Of a stretch of DNA of 64,000 nt, positions 24,931 through 39,134 are shown piece after piece. Position numbers and translations under genes: made by a program. This stretch comes from Podarcis gaigeae (lineage: Eukaryota). Every line of letters begins with the position of its first letter. Position 1 is the stretch's first letter. A model generated the notes under the pieces. That model had not been told where the DNA came from. It did no database searches and saw only the letters and a program-made list of their open reading frames with translations. Where the stretch lies: the NCBI GenBank assembly GCA_964106915.2, contig OZ066921.1, one strand, 5' to 3'.

Positions 24931-26810
24931 ATATCCTTTGCATTGAAGCACTTCCTATTGTAAAGTTGGAAGTAAGAAGGGGCAGGTGGCTTGTTTAGCA
25001 CTCCAGTGGGGTTTGGAGTGTCGTGGCAATCTGAAGAGCTGGAGCTTAATTTCCACAGCCCATTTCATTTTTTTTACTAGAGCAGTATTCTCGCTTTGCT
25101 ATGGATGAATTTGAGAACAGAGCTTGTGGGTTTGTTATTCAGGATGTGTTAAACTTCAATAATTTGATCTGGCTGTGAATGAAAACAAGAGGACTCTTAG
25201 AGATGTGGCAACAGGTTGGTGACTAGCACCAGGGCCCCCACAACATTTGTTTTGGTGGCCTGCCATTATTTGGGGTCACCTGACCCCTCCACATCCCTTT
25301 TGTGAGTTTATTCACAGATCAGAAAGGAATCTTTTTGTGCTTGGCATACAGGGAATGGGTAAGCATTGCTGGTGACCAGATTTGTAGACTTTTGGAACAG
25401 AATTTTTCATCTGGGCTTGAAGCTCTTGCGGCTCTGGTAGCTGGGCCGATTCTTCTAAGTGTGGATACCAGGGGTGGGCAGCCAGGTGCTAGGGACTACA
25501 ACTCCCATCATCCCTTGCCACTGGCTGTGCTGGCTTGGGCTGATAGCCTGGGAGGCTCTAGGCCTTGCTGATCTGTGTGTTGCCCTGTCCATAGTACTTT
25601 TCCTAGGCTCTGCTCCAGAGCCTTCCCTCACACCACCCCTTTCTTCCATATCTTTCCCAGCACTCCCCTCCACATTTGAACCCATCAGTTTCTTCACTGA
25701 GCTTCTCTGGTCTTGACCTGGGAACCATCTCAGAAACTCAAATGTTGACTGCACTACCTTATGCGGAGTGAAGCCAGTGACCCACCTAGCTCAGTATTCC
25801 CCACACTGGCAGGCAGGGGCTTTCCAAGGCCTCAGCTGCAGGTCCTTCCCCAGCCCCACCTGGAGATGCTGGAAATTGAACCTTTCATATTGTGTGCTGC
25901 TAAGCATGAACTACCAGTTTGTAACTTTTACTGAGTTCTTTAATGGGTAAGGTTGGTCAGAGTGACTCATTCTGTGCTTGAATGGTGTGAAATTCACCCC
26001 AAGCCCTGTTGGAATAGGGTGGGGTTTGTGTGAGTGTTAACGCTCACCCACCCACCCACCTAATATTTCAAGAGGCATGTTTGGTATTTGAGGCTCTCCA
26101 CCAGATGGTGCCAGAGAGCTTCCTTCAGCAGTACTGTTGAGCATCTCAAAAAAACAACAAAGCCAGTAATATACATATTTTTAAAAATATAGATAGCATT
26201 AGCTTGTTTGGAGGGAGATTATTATCTGCACTTTAAAAAAGCATGCATTTTAAATGGAAAGTTGTATCCAACAAAGTTCTGCTGTGAGTAAACATTGAAA
26301 CTGGGAAGTGCAAGTTCTTAAAGTCCATTAACTTCAGTGGGTCTACTCTGAGTAGGACTCGGATTGGATGCATTGGATGTCACATCTAGCGTGGCCCTAT
26401 GTAAATGCGGGGAAGGTGCTTCAGGAATGTAGTTAGATTTTTATCTGGGCAGCTGAATGATGCCAATTACTATAAAATCCACTGGTGCTTAATTTATTTG
26501 ATAACTGATTTTATTTGAGTAAATAATTACTCAAATAATTCAAATGATTGATTCACTGGTGTTCCTGATGGAAAGGCTTAGAGTCCTGATGGAAAACAAA
26601 TCCACAAAGATTAGTTTCCTTCTCCTCCTGTGCAGGTTTTAATAAGTGTACACACACTGCCTCTTCTATGGTATTGGGGTTACTGGTACCCCTGCAGCCT
26701 GGCAGGACTGGGACTACAGGCGCCAATGTAAGGGCGAGTTTGGCTGCTCTGGATTTCCTGCACACCCATCAGTCCTCAGATTCCACTTGATCCTTAACCT
26801 TTGAGTCCAC
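24931..26810 (+). other. PSME3IP1: U12-type (minor spliceosome) AT-AC intron
   Basis: 5' splice site ATATCCTTT at 24931, branch site TCCTTAAC at 26791-26798, terminal AC at 26809-26810. This junction keeps the frame (EYR|STLSKVG). Confidence 0.93.
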
Positions 26811-26944
26811 AGCACTTTGTCAAAGGTGGGGGTCAGTGCTGACCTGAAGAAGGAAGCAGACAAGAAACTGTCGGCGAAATCAGCAGAAAACAAAAGCAAG
26901 TTCTCACAGGCAAAGCTGTTGGCTGGAGCTGTGAAACATCGGAG
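26811..26944 (+). CDS. PSME3IP1: PSME3IP1 coding exon 4 (134 nt): [44 protein letters not shown]
   Basis: Follows the AC acceptor; donor CGGAG|gtaagt; contains the motif [14 protein letters not shown]. Confidence 0.95.
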
Positions 26945-27140
26945 GTAAGTTCCCAGATGAATGAAGGGCCCTTGTGGATGGAAAGTAAACAAGCTAAACC
27001 TTTGAGGCTTAAAATTGACCATCACAATGTGGGGTGTGAAGTGGGGTAGATTCTGGAGTTTAAAATCTCCCAGGCAGAAATATACCAGGCTTTCCCATCT
27101 GAATAGGAGATGTAAAGCCCATTGTTATTTTTTAAATTTA

Positions 27141-27311
27141 CTGTATTTACTCGAATCTAATGCTCACCTTTTTTGGCCAATTTACATTGCGAAAATAAAG
27201 GTGTGCATAAGATTCTATGGCACATTTACATTTGCCAGCAAATGGTTGCAGGGTTTTGAAAATTGTGGTGTGCTTTAGATTCAATGGCGCATTAGATTCG
27301 AGTAAATATGA
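27141..27311. mobile_element. Short TA-flanked MITE (Tc1/mariner superfamily)
   Basis: TA|CTGTATTTACTCGAATCTAATGC ... GCATTAGATTCGAGTAAATATGA|TA. Confidence 0.78.
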
Positions 27312-27423
27312 TATTAGTGCTTTTTTGCCATGGCAACTCAGTGACCTACAGAACAACTTGCAGTGCCCCCCCCCCCCCCGTGGTTCCAGTCCTCTTTTTT
27401 GACTTTGCATTGTTTCCTTTCAG

Positions 27424-27491
27424 TTCAGAAGGTGCCAACAGCGTGAAAAGACTGAAACTCGATCCGGATCCTGACCATGACAAGACTCCAG
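27424..27491 (+). CDS. PSME3IP1: PSME3IP1 coding exon 5 (68 nt): SSEGANSVKRLKLDPDPDHDKTP
   Basis: tttcctttcag|TTCAGAA...CCAG|gtaggt; phases 2/1 are consistent. Confidence 0.92.
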
Positions 27492-28639
27492 GTAGGTGTG
27501 TTTGCATGGTGGGTTACGCTAGGCCTCGTATCGCCTGCTGTGCATTGGTCATGTTGCCTTCATGAACAGCTGATCAGTCGATGGGGGGGGGGAGTGAAGG
27601 AGGGGTGCATCCTGTTGCAGAATATTGGGCAAAACCCATGAGGCGGCTTTCCTGGGGAAAAGCGATTTTGCAGTGAACCTGACGAGCCTGCTGGATCAGG
27701 CCAGTGGCCCATCCTGTTCAGCATCCCATTCTCACAGTGGCCAACCAGATGCTTGTTGGAAACCCGCAAGCAGGACGGGCACAAGAGCCCTGTCCCCTGC
27801 ATAAATTCCTTGTAGCTGGTATTGAGAAGCATTGCCGCCTCTGACTGTGGAGTACATATCATTTGTATTCTCAAAACAATGGTGGTGTCATGAGCTGATA
27901 ATTCAGTGACCTCTGTCCTAGAGCAATGGTCTTAGCCTGACAGTTTCAGGCTTGCAAGTGGATTGTGTCTGGACACCTCATGGGTAGCAGATGTAGCACC
28001 AATCCCCTCCCCACCAAAAAAGGCTTCTGGATTCCTTCAAGGAGGAGAAAAGCAAAGATCTGTTGAAGAAAGGGTTCGGTGGGAGATATATGAAAGCTCA
28101 GCCCCATGTTGTGAGGGCTTGGGTTAAAGGGCATATATCTTCATGGGGCTATGACAAATTCATGGAGGATAAGGCTCTCAGTGGCTGCTGGTCATGATGG
28201 CTGGGAATCATCTCCACTATCTGGGACACTCACTTCCTCTGAACCCCAGTTGTGGGGGAATACAAGCAGGGTAATGAAACTGCACCACTGTCCCGCTTGC
28301 TGGCTTCCCATCCGCAGCTGGGTAGTAGCTATGGGAACAGGATGTTGGATTAACAGGGACTTTGGTCTGACCAGCAGGGCTCTTCTGTTCTGATGGGGGT
28401 CCTTGGTCTGTAATGTTTGAAGGTAACCAAATGAAAGTAATGAAACAGATCTGTAGCTGAAAGGCCAGCAGCATCAGCTTTGCTCACCGAGGCTGTATTC
28501 ACATGGCGGTTTATTCTGCTTCCCTGTTAGTTTCATTGTGAAAGTGAGTGCCATAATTTAACTATACACTGTGAATAAGTGCTTTTTAAAATCTCTCCTG
28601 AAAACCTTTCCTCTGGCCACACTTTCCATGCCATGCATA

Positions 28640-28830
28640 ACTTTATAAACTTCTATCATGCCACCTCTTACCTTTCTTCTAAACTAAGAAGTTCCAAAAG
28701 CCTTTCCCCATAGTGGAATCTCTACATCCCTGTGGTCGTTTTGGTTGCCCTTTTCTGAACCTTTTGAGGTGAGGCGACCAGAACCATACACAGTATTCCA
28801 AATGTGGTCACTCCATGGATTTGTATTGGC
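28640..28830 (-). mobile_element. CR1 LINE fragment just upstream of the last PSME3IP1 acceptor
   Basis: The minus-strand frame reads [14 protein letters not shown]...KGNQND, resembling a frameshifted CR1 ORF2 C-terminal region. Confidence 0.6.
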
Positions 28831-28883
28831 AGCTTTATTTTCCAATCTTCCTCTCCCAACCCCCCTCCACGGCTCTCTTCCAG

Positions 28884-29104
28884 AAAAGCCGCCCTGTGTT
28901 CCTCTGAGCAGCGGCTCCGTGAGCGGCTCTGCCCTCCACTGTCCCTCGGCTGCCGTCTGCATTGGGATCCTGCCGGGCCTCGGGGCCTACTCTGGGAGCA
29001 GCGACTCAGAGTCCAGCTCGGACAGCGAAGGAACCATCAACTCCACCGGGAAGATCGTCTCCTCCGTGTTTCGGGGAAGCAACTTCTTTGATGCTCCGCT
29101 GTAG
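28884..29104 (+). CDS. PSME3IP1: PSME3IP1 last coding exon: EKPPCVPL...[28 protein letters not shown]...FFDAPL*
   Basis: ctcttccag acceptor, TAG at 29102-29104, and the acidic Ser-rich PA28gamma-binding C-terminal region. The summed CDS is 774 nt = 257 aa plus stop. Confidence 0.95.
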
Positions 29105-29667
29105 GCGTCTCCCCAGCCCCTTAGAAGCATGGGTAGGGATGCTCGTCATTTCTCTGTTTCCATCTCAACCATCCCCTAGACTCGCAACTTCTGTTCTCCT
29201 GTCTCCTTTATTTTCCAGAGAATACCAAAATAATGTACTGAATCAGTCTTTGTGTGTGTCTCTCTTCATATCCCCTGTCCTCCTCTCTGCTCTAAGACTT
29301 GTGTTCAGTTTGGGAGGGAGTACAGATTGGGGGAGACACACATCTTCAATATCCAGAAAAGCATCCACTGTACCGACAGCAACAAAAGACTTGAGGCTTC
29401 TGAGGTTTACAGATGAGGACAGGAAATTCCTTGTATTTTTAAAAAGATTCCATGAATGAATAGATTGTTTGCTGGGGGTGTTCCAAGTTGGTTTTACAAA
29501 GAAGTGTTTTTAGGGTGTAGCTGTCTGGCAGGTGCTGACATATGGGGTTGGCTGGCTCTTGCTCTTTACTTTTTAAGTATTGGTTTTGTTGTGGGGAGAG
29601 TGCAAAATCGAGCAGATGGTAATGTGGATTGTCATGACACTGTAACGACGTTTTAGTGTTGCATCTG

Positions 29668-29673
29668 ATTAAA
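29668..29673 (+). terminator. Candidate PSME3IP1 polyadenylation signal ATTAAA (second candidate at 30052-30057)
   Basis: Hexamer followed by U-rich sequence; no transcript evidence available. Confidence 0.4.
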
Positions 29674-30112
29674 GAACTCCTCAATGCATTATTATTTTTA
29701 CCTTGGAGCTTGCCATCTCTATTCACTTCTTATGCCTTACTTAGCTGTTTTCTCTTCAATGGAGGCTCCTGACCAAATTCCTTGTCAGGCAGTATGTGTG
29801 TGGGCATCTCTTCAGGTCAGCGTTTGTCAACCTAGTGCCCTCCATATGCTTTTCAACCACAGCTCACATCAGTGTTGGCTTGGGCTGATGGGAGTTGTAA
29901 GCCAGGACATCAGGTTGGCAAAAGCACTTGAGCAAACTTGGAAGCTTGACTGTACTTAATCTTCTGCAAATTGCATGTATTTTATGGGATACTGCAGGGT
30001 GTCAGCAACTTGAACCTAAGCCATCATTCAAGGAAATGATGGGAGAATAGAATTAAAAGCTGCTACCTGCCAATGCTGTGTGCTTGGGCTTAGAAGCCTG
30101 ACTCCATCACAC

Positions 30113-30118
30113 TTTATT
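30113..30118 (-). terminator. Candidate CPNE2 polyadenylation signal AATAAA (proximal candidate at 30632-30637)
   Basis: tttatt on the plus strand, about 1 kb beyond the CPNE2 stop codon. Confidence 0.5.
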
Positions 30119-31089
30119 TTCCCCAGTACTTTTTCCTCACTGTTGCTATGAGCAGTTAAGAAAGTGAAGATTCTTCCTAAACACAGGATTATATAATATG
30201 GGAAGCTTGTGCTGTGGCAAATTTGAGATTTGGATATTGTGTATTTTTGTTATACACCACTTAAAATGACAGAGAGCAGAATGGTGTAGAGCCAGAGAGA
30301 AAGTGGAGGAGGAAGCAAGCAGCAAAGCCCAGGAATGGTGTGGGATGAAGCAGAAGTTGCTTCCAGGAAGCAGGGAGGTTTGGGAGACAGGTTTGAAAAA
30401 ATTAAGTGTGTGTATGTATATGCCTGTGTGTGCTATGCACATACTGGCCACACTTGCCACTAGCATACACACACAAGGACTGGCCAAGAGGTTATGGTCC
30501 TCGAGTTTGCCATCCCTGTTCTAGGCCACTGGCTACAGGTTCCTATTGCTGTCTCACCTGTCAAACCTGAGTTGCAGAGCTCCAAACCGACCACACCAGG
30601 GTTTCATGAAGCTGCAAAGAGTCCATGGTTGTTTATTAACCTGAGTATAACAAATATAACATGTACACAGTATAAAAATGAACATTGAGCATGAGAAGTA
30701 TGACACATCCATGAACTGTCCACATTTCTTTGGGCAATGGGATATCAAGAACTTCACGGCTTGGAAAGTTCTGGGCGTAAAAATTTTCCTCTCATTCCAC
30801 AAAAAAATAAAATCATACAAAGTACATTCAAATACTTAAAAGTTGATTCTCAGGGCTGGGAAGGGAAAATGTCCTGCATTGACAACAGTTTCCTTGGCCC
30901 AGGAATCTCAGGCCTGGTGGCTTCCCATGTTGCACTTTTGGGGTGGTCAGGGCTCTTTGTTGCGTCTCTTAAATTAAATCATCTTAAATCAAAAAGTACA
31001 AATTGTTTGAAACCACAAAAGACATGCAACCGTCTGCCATCGACACGTTTGGGGCACATGCAGGCAAAGAACAGTTTGTAGGCTGGGCC

Positions 31090-31221
<132 letters not shown>

Positions 31222-31253
31222 TCAAGTTTCTCCACCATGAAATAAAATAAATA

Positions 31254-31755
31254 CTGTATTTTTCGCTCCACAAGGCACACCGGACCATAAGGCACCCAAG
31301 CTTTTTGGGGGTGGGGGGGAATCAAGAAAAAAAATCTTATTCCCCCCCCCAAGAGCAAAGAAGCCAAGACAGCGAGCAGGATCCATCCCGCTCGCTGTCT
31401 TGGCTTCCTCTTTAGCCGCGCGCAACCTCTCCAGCCAGGAGAGGCTGTGCGCGGCTTCATATTTAGCCGCGGGACTGGGGCGGGGGAAGCCCGAGCTTCT
31501 CCAGCCCCCAGAACAGGTCTGGGAGCGGCGGCAAGGTTGTGAAGCCTTTGGAGCGCAGCGCAAGTTCCCGCTGTGCTCCAAAGGCTTCAGGGATAGCCGC
31601 CTGAAGCCAGGAGAGTCTTGCTCCCTCTGCACTTTGGAGGCTTCGTGTTCTATCGCTGAAGCCAAGAAGCCTGCATTCGCTCCATAGGACGCACACACAT
31701 TTCCCCTTAATTTTTTGGAGGGGAAAAAGTGCGTCCTATAGAGCGAAAAATACGG
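31254..31755. mobile_element. TA-flanked MITE, 57 bp from the CPNE2 last-exon acceptor
   Basis: TA|CTGTATTTTTCGCTC ... GAGCGAAAAATACGG|TA; CpG-rich interior; same family as 49791-50230. Confidence 0.85.
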
Positions 31756-32128
31756 TAAGTAGATAGTTTCAGGCTTTTCACTGAAGCCACTTCACACATT
31801 CAGCCGCTGCCGCGATATCAAAGCAACGTATAACTATGCCTGTCTTCTGTATCCTGAAGGCATCCACCACGGAGTCGTGGTCAGTGGAGTTGGTAGGGTT
31901 AGGCCAGCCTTCCAGATGTTTTGGACCACAATTCCCATCAACCCTGGCCGATATGGGAGTTGCAGTCCAAAACATCGGTCTGACTGAGCAGAAAGCAGCT
32001 TCATATATCCGTTTAGTGACCCTAAGACAGGCATTATGTCTCAGTGGTGATTCAAGAACAGAAGACAAGCTTTTCTGGACTGAAACAAACGTTAACCTAA
32101 GCCAGCATCCCAAAAAGTCCACAGCTTA

Positions 32129-32593
<465 letters not shown>

Positions 32594-33523
32594 TCAGTAA
32601 GGCCAAAAAAAATGTGTGTTGTGGTGATTCAGTGGGTTGGCGGGGGAAGATGGAGATGGCTCACATCCAAAGGGCACCCTGCTCCCTCCCCAAACCAGGA
32701 GAAACTAGATTGGGGAATGTGACTGGCTCTAGTTTAGGCTTCCTCATAGAATATCTATTCTCTTCTAGCATGTTATCTATTAAAATTTTCTGATGATTAG
32801 TGCCAAAGGACAGACACAACTGACACCTGATTAGCACTCCTTGGTCCTTGGTGAAACCTGCAGGATGGTCCCTTGTCCTCAGACAAGGTGCAGGACAACA
32901 TTGCCTTAGGAAATATTTTAATACAGGAGGGCGTCTCAACCGAATAGCGCAGGAGAAGGAGAAGATTGTGCTAAGCCCCCATTGGAGTTCTCAACATTTT
33001 CCTAAAAGAGGGCCTATCTACATTAAGAAATAATATCAATGGAAACTTTTTCTGGGGTGTGAGGGTTTGCAGGGCGATTTTCATCAGGACCACAGCAGGG
33101 GATGGAAGGGGTAGGCGTTTGAGGTTACTGGACTACAATTTCCATTATCCTGACCATTGTCCACACTGGCTGGGGATGATGGGGGTTAAAATCCAACACC
33201 ATCCAGAGAGTAGCACCAGATTGGCTACCCCTACCAAATGTTCCTGGTATATGAGGGCAGTTGGGGTACATCTCTTCCCGTGAATTTCCAACCAACACAC
33301 TGGAGTTATAAAATTAATCCTTCTCCTGTTCTGCAGCTCAAACTGTGGAACCAAAATAGCAACACAAACATTCTCTCCGAAGCACACATTTATTTCTGCA
33401 AGCCTTTAATGGCGGGTGATCCCATCCATGAGCTTTCAGAGCAGAGTGAGCTAGCAGTGCATTGGACGTCATCCAGGGGCTCAATTCTGCAGTAGCATTA
33501 TCATGTACTTGCAGGATCTAATG

Positions 33524-34286
<763 letters not shown>

Positions 34287-35759
34287 TCAGGCCCCCAAAT
34301 GCACACAAATCCAGGTGTGAGCCCCAACTCCTGTCCCAAAGTTTTGATTTAGCAACCTTTGTGTTCCTGAAATAGCCTTGCAGCACAATCCCATAATGCA
34401 TAAGTCTACTCAGAAGAAAGTCCAGTTGGGACTCATCTCCAGGTAAGTGCATAGAGGATCCTGGCCTAAAACTCACCCAAATGATGAAGACTTCTCTAAT
34501 TGGGGGGTAGCTCTAAATATTGGTAATTAATTAATGACTTGAGACAGTCTCATCCTCATTGTTGGGTGGCGGTGGGAAATAATCTTATAAAAGAAGCAAC
34601 CTTTTCAAGCTTCTTGTCAAGCTGTTTGCAGGGGGCCTCCTGCTCGGCTCCATCTGGAAGTGTGTGGGGTTTTCTGTCCCTGCATCCCAGCTATTTATTC
34701 CTCGCCCCGTTAACTCCGGTGACCCTTTAACCTATCACTCAAGCAACGTGTACAAACACCTACTAATGCTCCCAGGCTGCTTCATGTCTCTGTGAGAGGT
34801 GGAGGCTGCTTTGGTTGCATTTCCCAGAGGATTCACAGAAGACTCCCAACAAGTGCTGCTAACTAGAACAAAACCTCTATGCTCAGAGGCGGATAAGCTC
34901 AGAGGCAACATCTGCCAAGAGGCATCTGGCTAGTTGGTATTGGAAGCAGGAGGCTTCACACTAATCCAAAAAGGCAATTGGAACTAGAGAGGAAGGAATC
35001 TGTCGATTTCCCTTTCTCATTTTTCTAGTCTGCAGTGATTTATTCCCAGTGAAAATGTGTCAATATCTAACAAGGATTTCTCCTAATATATACATTTTTT
35101 TTACTAATATACACACATTTTGCAAGCAACCTTCCCTACCATAATGCATTCTGTATGCAATTTTCACTAATATATGCATTTTGGTACACATTATTTGGTT
35201 GGTCAATGGCCTCACAGAATTCTGAGGAGAGTGCATTTTGATTCTGAAGGATAGGTATGTTTGGATATGCATATTGTTTCGGAAAGTGTGAATTGGGTAG
35301 CTTCTTAGGGAAATGCAAACAGAATCAAATCTCTTCCTCATCCCTAGTTGGAACACCTAAGGCAGCTTTCCCTGGTGTCCTCCAGAAGTTGTTGGACTAC
35401 AACTCCCATCAGCCCCAGCCAGCCAGGGCCTTATATCATTAAAAGATTTAAACTGGGGTTCTTCTCTAAGCATTTTGTACACCCTTATAGAGCTATTTTA
35501 GTCTGGATACTTCTGTGGTGGAAGCTACTTAGAGGAAGTTTTCGTGTCTTTTCAAAAGGCGTGTCCCCCCCCCAAAAAACCCTCTCCGCTTTGCACCCCC
35601 CGCATTTAAGACAAAATGTATATATTGCTCTACATGCAGAAAATGCCTCAGCAATGTAGAGAAATAAAATATTAAACATAGTACAGATTTTAAAACAGCA
35701 TTAAAATTTAAAAGCCAATGAATTAAACACAGCAGAAATAAAATGAACTGTGCACTTAC

Positions 35760-35811
35760 CTAGGCAAAAAGGGTTTGTAGGATTGAAGTTAATGGCAAAT
35801 TCGTGCGAAAC
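35760..35811 (-). CDS. CPNE2: CPNE2 exon 13 (52 nt): VSHEFAINFNPTNPFCL
   Basis: gtcttccag|GTTTCG...CTAG|gtaagt. Confidence 0.95.
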
Positions 35812-36702
35812 CTGGAAGACAAAGGTTGAAAAAGAAGAAGGGGGTTAATTTTACTCCTCTTTCCACCCAAACATATTGCAAAATGTGGCTGATACCCAAG
35901 TTTCAGGATGTGTTTCCTCCAAGATTCACCTGACCATTAAAACTAGAGAGCCCATTCTCTCCACCCTTCCCCAAAGACTGCCTTGTGGCACAAGGGCACC
36001 ACACCCATTTTTGCACATCTGCTTGTCCACTGAATGTATGTAATGATGGAGCTAGCAAGCAATTCATGTAACCCAGGGCTAGCTCCACCAAGCCTCTTCT
36101 TTCGCTTCAGTGGGAGAGGTGAGAAGAGGAGCTCCTTCCATCAGCCCTGACGGAAGACCAGCTCCATCAGGCTGGACCTCCAGCCCTTGAGCAGCTTCCA
36201 TTCCAGCGAGTCACTGAAAGGACCAAAAACTTTAAGCACAAGCACCTGGCCTTTGTTTCCCACTTTACCCTCCCTGTCCCCTTGGTGTCACCATCATGTC
36301 TTTTCGATTGTGAGCCTGCAGGGCAGGGAATGCCTGGTTCAACTGTCTGCACACAAACTGCTCTGGGAACCTTTCTGGTTGAAGAGCAGGAAGGCACAAT
36401 TGCTCCAAATAAATGCATCACCTTTCTTTTTCATGGGACTAAACTTTAGTGTCAGACTGAAGGTGGCAAAAGCCGCCACGCAATTACCCCTGCACTGTCC
36501 CCCAAAGGCAGCTCTCATCACATTGCACTGCATTACATTTCGGCCCGTAACCATCATTGCTGTTCCCTCCCATGCCAAACTTGCATGGTCCTGTGCCTCT
36601 CTGTTTGGAAGTAAAATGGGCCACCCCAAAGCAAGGTCTGGTTCCTGCATACTCAGGGGGTTTCTCAGGTATCCAGAAGACTAGTTTATGAATGAGAAGG
36701 AA

Positions 36703-36733
36703 ATGAATGAATGAATGAATGAATGAATGAATG
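36703..36733. repeat. (GAAT)n microsatellite
   Basis: Directly visible tandem repeat. Confidence 0.9.
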
Positions 36734-38908
36734 AGCAAACAAACCAAATAGGCACAAATTTGTCCCTTTGTGGCATCTATGGAATGTGGAGGGCAGTTGA
36801 GCACTGAGTGGGTCAGTGCCAAAGAAAGGAAGAGAAAAGAGAAGGCAATTGCAGGGCGTGTGTCTTTTCATTCTTTGGTTGTAAGGACGCAAGAAAAGCC
36901 CTGCTGCATCAGGCCCAAGGGGGCCCATCCAGCCAGGCATCCTGTTCTCACAGTGTAAGAGAAACAGTAGCAACTCTCCCCACTTGAGATGCCCAGCGAC
37001 TGGCATTCAGAAGCATCACTGTCTCCGACAATGGAAATTATGCTGTGAAGGTTACTTTGTGATTACTTTTTTAAGTACACCACGCACTGTGCTTGGCTCC
37101 CAATTTTGGGGAAGAGAGAGATATCGGTAACTCTCAAACAAACAAACAAACAAACAGTATTGAAGTTTTAATGTCTGTCTTTGAGCATTTATTAAAGCTG
37201 TATCCTAAGAGTGGGCATTGGGGTCAAGGAGATATGACCCATTAAGTTAAAAACACCCATTCCAACAATGTACAGAGGGGTTTTTTTTTCAGGGGAGGGG
37301 GAATCACCCCCTTCCCCACTCTCTAGAACCGCCCCCCTACATATAGCAAAAAAAAGGTCTCAGGGGGAATGAGCCCTTTTTTTTGCCATAAAGCATAGTA
37401 GGAAAAAGCTTCAGGAATGTGTAAACAACAACCCAAAAAGTGTTCTTTTTCCTTCCCCCTCACCTTGCAAGTCCCAGTCAACAGCATAGAGATCCCGTTT
37501 CAGACTAGCAAGAGGGCTGGAGATAGGTCCTCAGGTGACACAATACAAAGCCTCATGATTTCCATAGACGACACTTTCTTTTCCCAGACTTGCAGGCTCA
37601 GGACCCTTTCTCCCCAGGAGCAAACAATAATTTGACAGAGTCTTCCCACCACCACCAAAAGTTTGCACATGGGAGGGACTTTGACAGATGGCTGCAGCCA
37701 CAGCCTCCTGGGTGCCCCCCCCCCCCCGAGTGCTTTGGAATTTGAATTCGTTCCCTCTCACAGCCCCTACAGAGACGACTTCTTGAGGTCCCCTTCGCAA
37801 AGGCCTTTGCATTTCAAGATGTTCTCTGACATTTCCAACATGTTTTTTTTTTATGTGTTGAATATCTTATTCATATCAGTCCTGTGAAAGCATCCTGAGG
37901 CACCATGGCAACAAGAGCATCGGGAGAACAAAGCATGATTTCTATGTCTCTTATCTTTAATAGTCATCTCTGCTTCCTGCTCTGGTCCTCACTGTAACAA
38001 TAGCCATGTTTGTAATTTGTTATCTGCAGTCCATGGAAAATGCAGATAGCCATCCACGAGGTTATAGATATGGTGGAAATTAAGAGCAGGCATTCTCAAA
38101 AGCAGCCAACATGTATCTATTTTTTTGGTATGTTCTTTTCACTAATACATGTGTTTCTATGCACACTTCACCTCAGCCTATGTATTTCTGCACACGTTAC
38201 TTAGCTAAGGGAACTGCAATGCAAAATTTTGAGAAATGTGAACTCTGCAATATAGCTGTGTTTCACTTTGTGTATTGTGAGGTAGGTTTACACACTTCTC
38301 TCCCATCCCTGGCCAGATCCCCCACAAAGTCACAAGCGTTGTTATATGTGAGAGATTTCCGAAGCTAAAATAAACCTAAACCTCCTGAATGGTGGTCCGG
38401 TTTCCTGCATGGAAAAGGTATTGAGTCATCCTGTTCTTTGGCTGGAAACTAAATCAGGCTTATAGGCTATTTAGATAAAATAGACCTGCCTCTCTGAAAA
38501 GCAAACAGGTGTTGTTTTTTGTTTGGTGGGTGGGAAAAACCTAGAAAAGTGTATCAATCACTGGACTGACCTGAAACACGAGGAACAAATGGAAGTTATG
38601 TGTCCTATTGACAGGTTCTGAGCATAAATTTTAGGCCTAGTTTCACAGAGCTACTGCGCTTGCCAGATCTAATATGCAGGGTTGGGAGTTTTAACTGCAA
38701 TATCCAAATAGATGACAATTGGGCCTGTCAATTAATGTTTCCAGTGGTTCCATTCAGGCCACATCACAGAGCACAGATCTGGGACCCCGCAGCCTGGGGT
38801 GCTTATATTTTGCTGTAAGCTGCACAGAGTGGCTGGGGCAACCCACTCAATGGGTGACATATTGTTTTTGTTGTTGTTACATTTAGTCAGTCCTTAGAAC
38901 ACTGAATA

Positions 38909-39134
38909 CAGTGATACTTCAGGTTACATACGCTTCAGGTTACACACTCTGCTAACCCAGAAATAGTCCTTCAGGTTAAGAACTTTGCTTCAGGATAAGA
39001 ACAGAAATTGGGCTCCGGCGGCACGGCAGCAACAGGAGGCCCCATTAGCTAAAGTGGTGCTTCAGGTTAAGAACAGTTTCAGGTTAAGAACGGACCTCCA
39101 GAATGAATTAAGTATTTAACCTGAGGTACCACTG
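38909..39134. mobile_element. Tigger-like MITE
   Basis: TA|CAGTGATACTTCAGGTTA ... TAACCTGAGGTACCACTG|TA, with internal ttcaggttaagaac repeats. Confidence 0.85.

Noticed and set aside
24931-24963. PSME3IP1 ending at [10 protein letters not shown], as the ORF track suggests
   Set aside because: Read-through into the U12 intron; the conserved downstream exons exist.
28962-29459. 165-aa alternative-frame ORF over the last PSME3IP1 exon and 3'UTR
   Set aside because: Non-ATG start and no recognisable similarity; GC-rich overlap explains its length.
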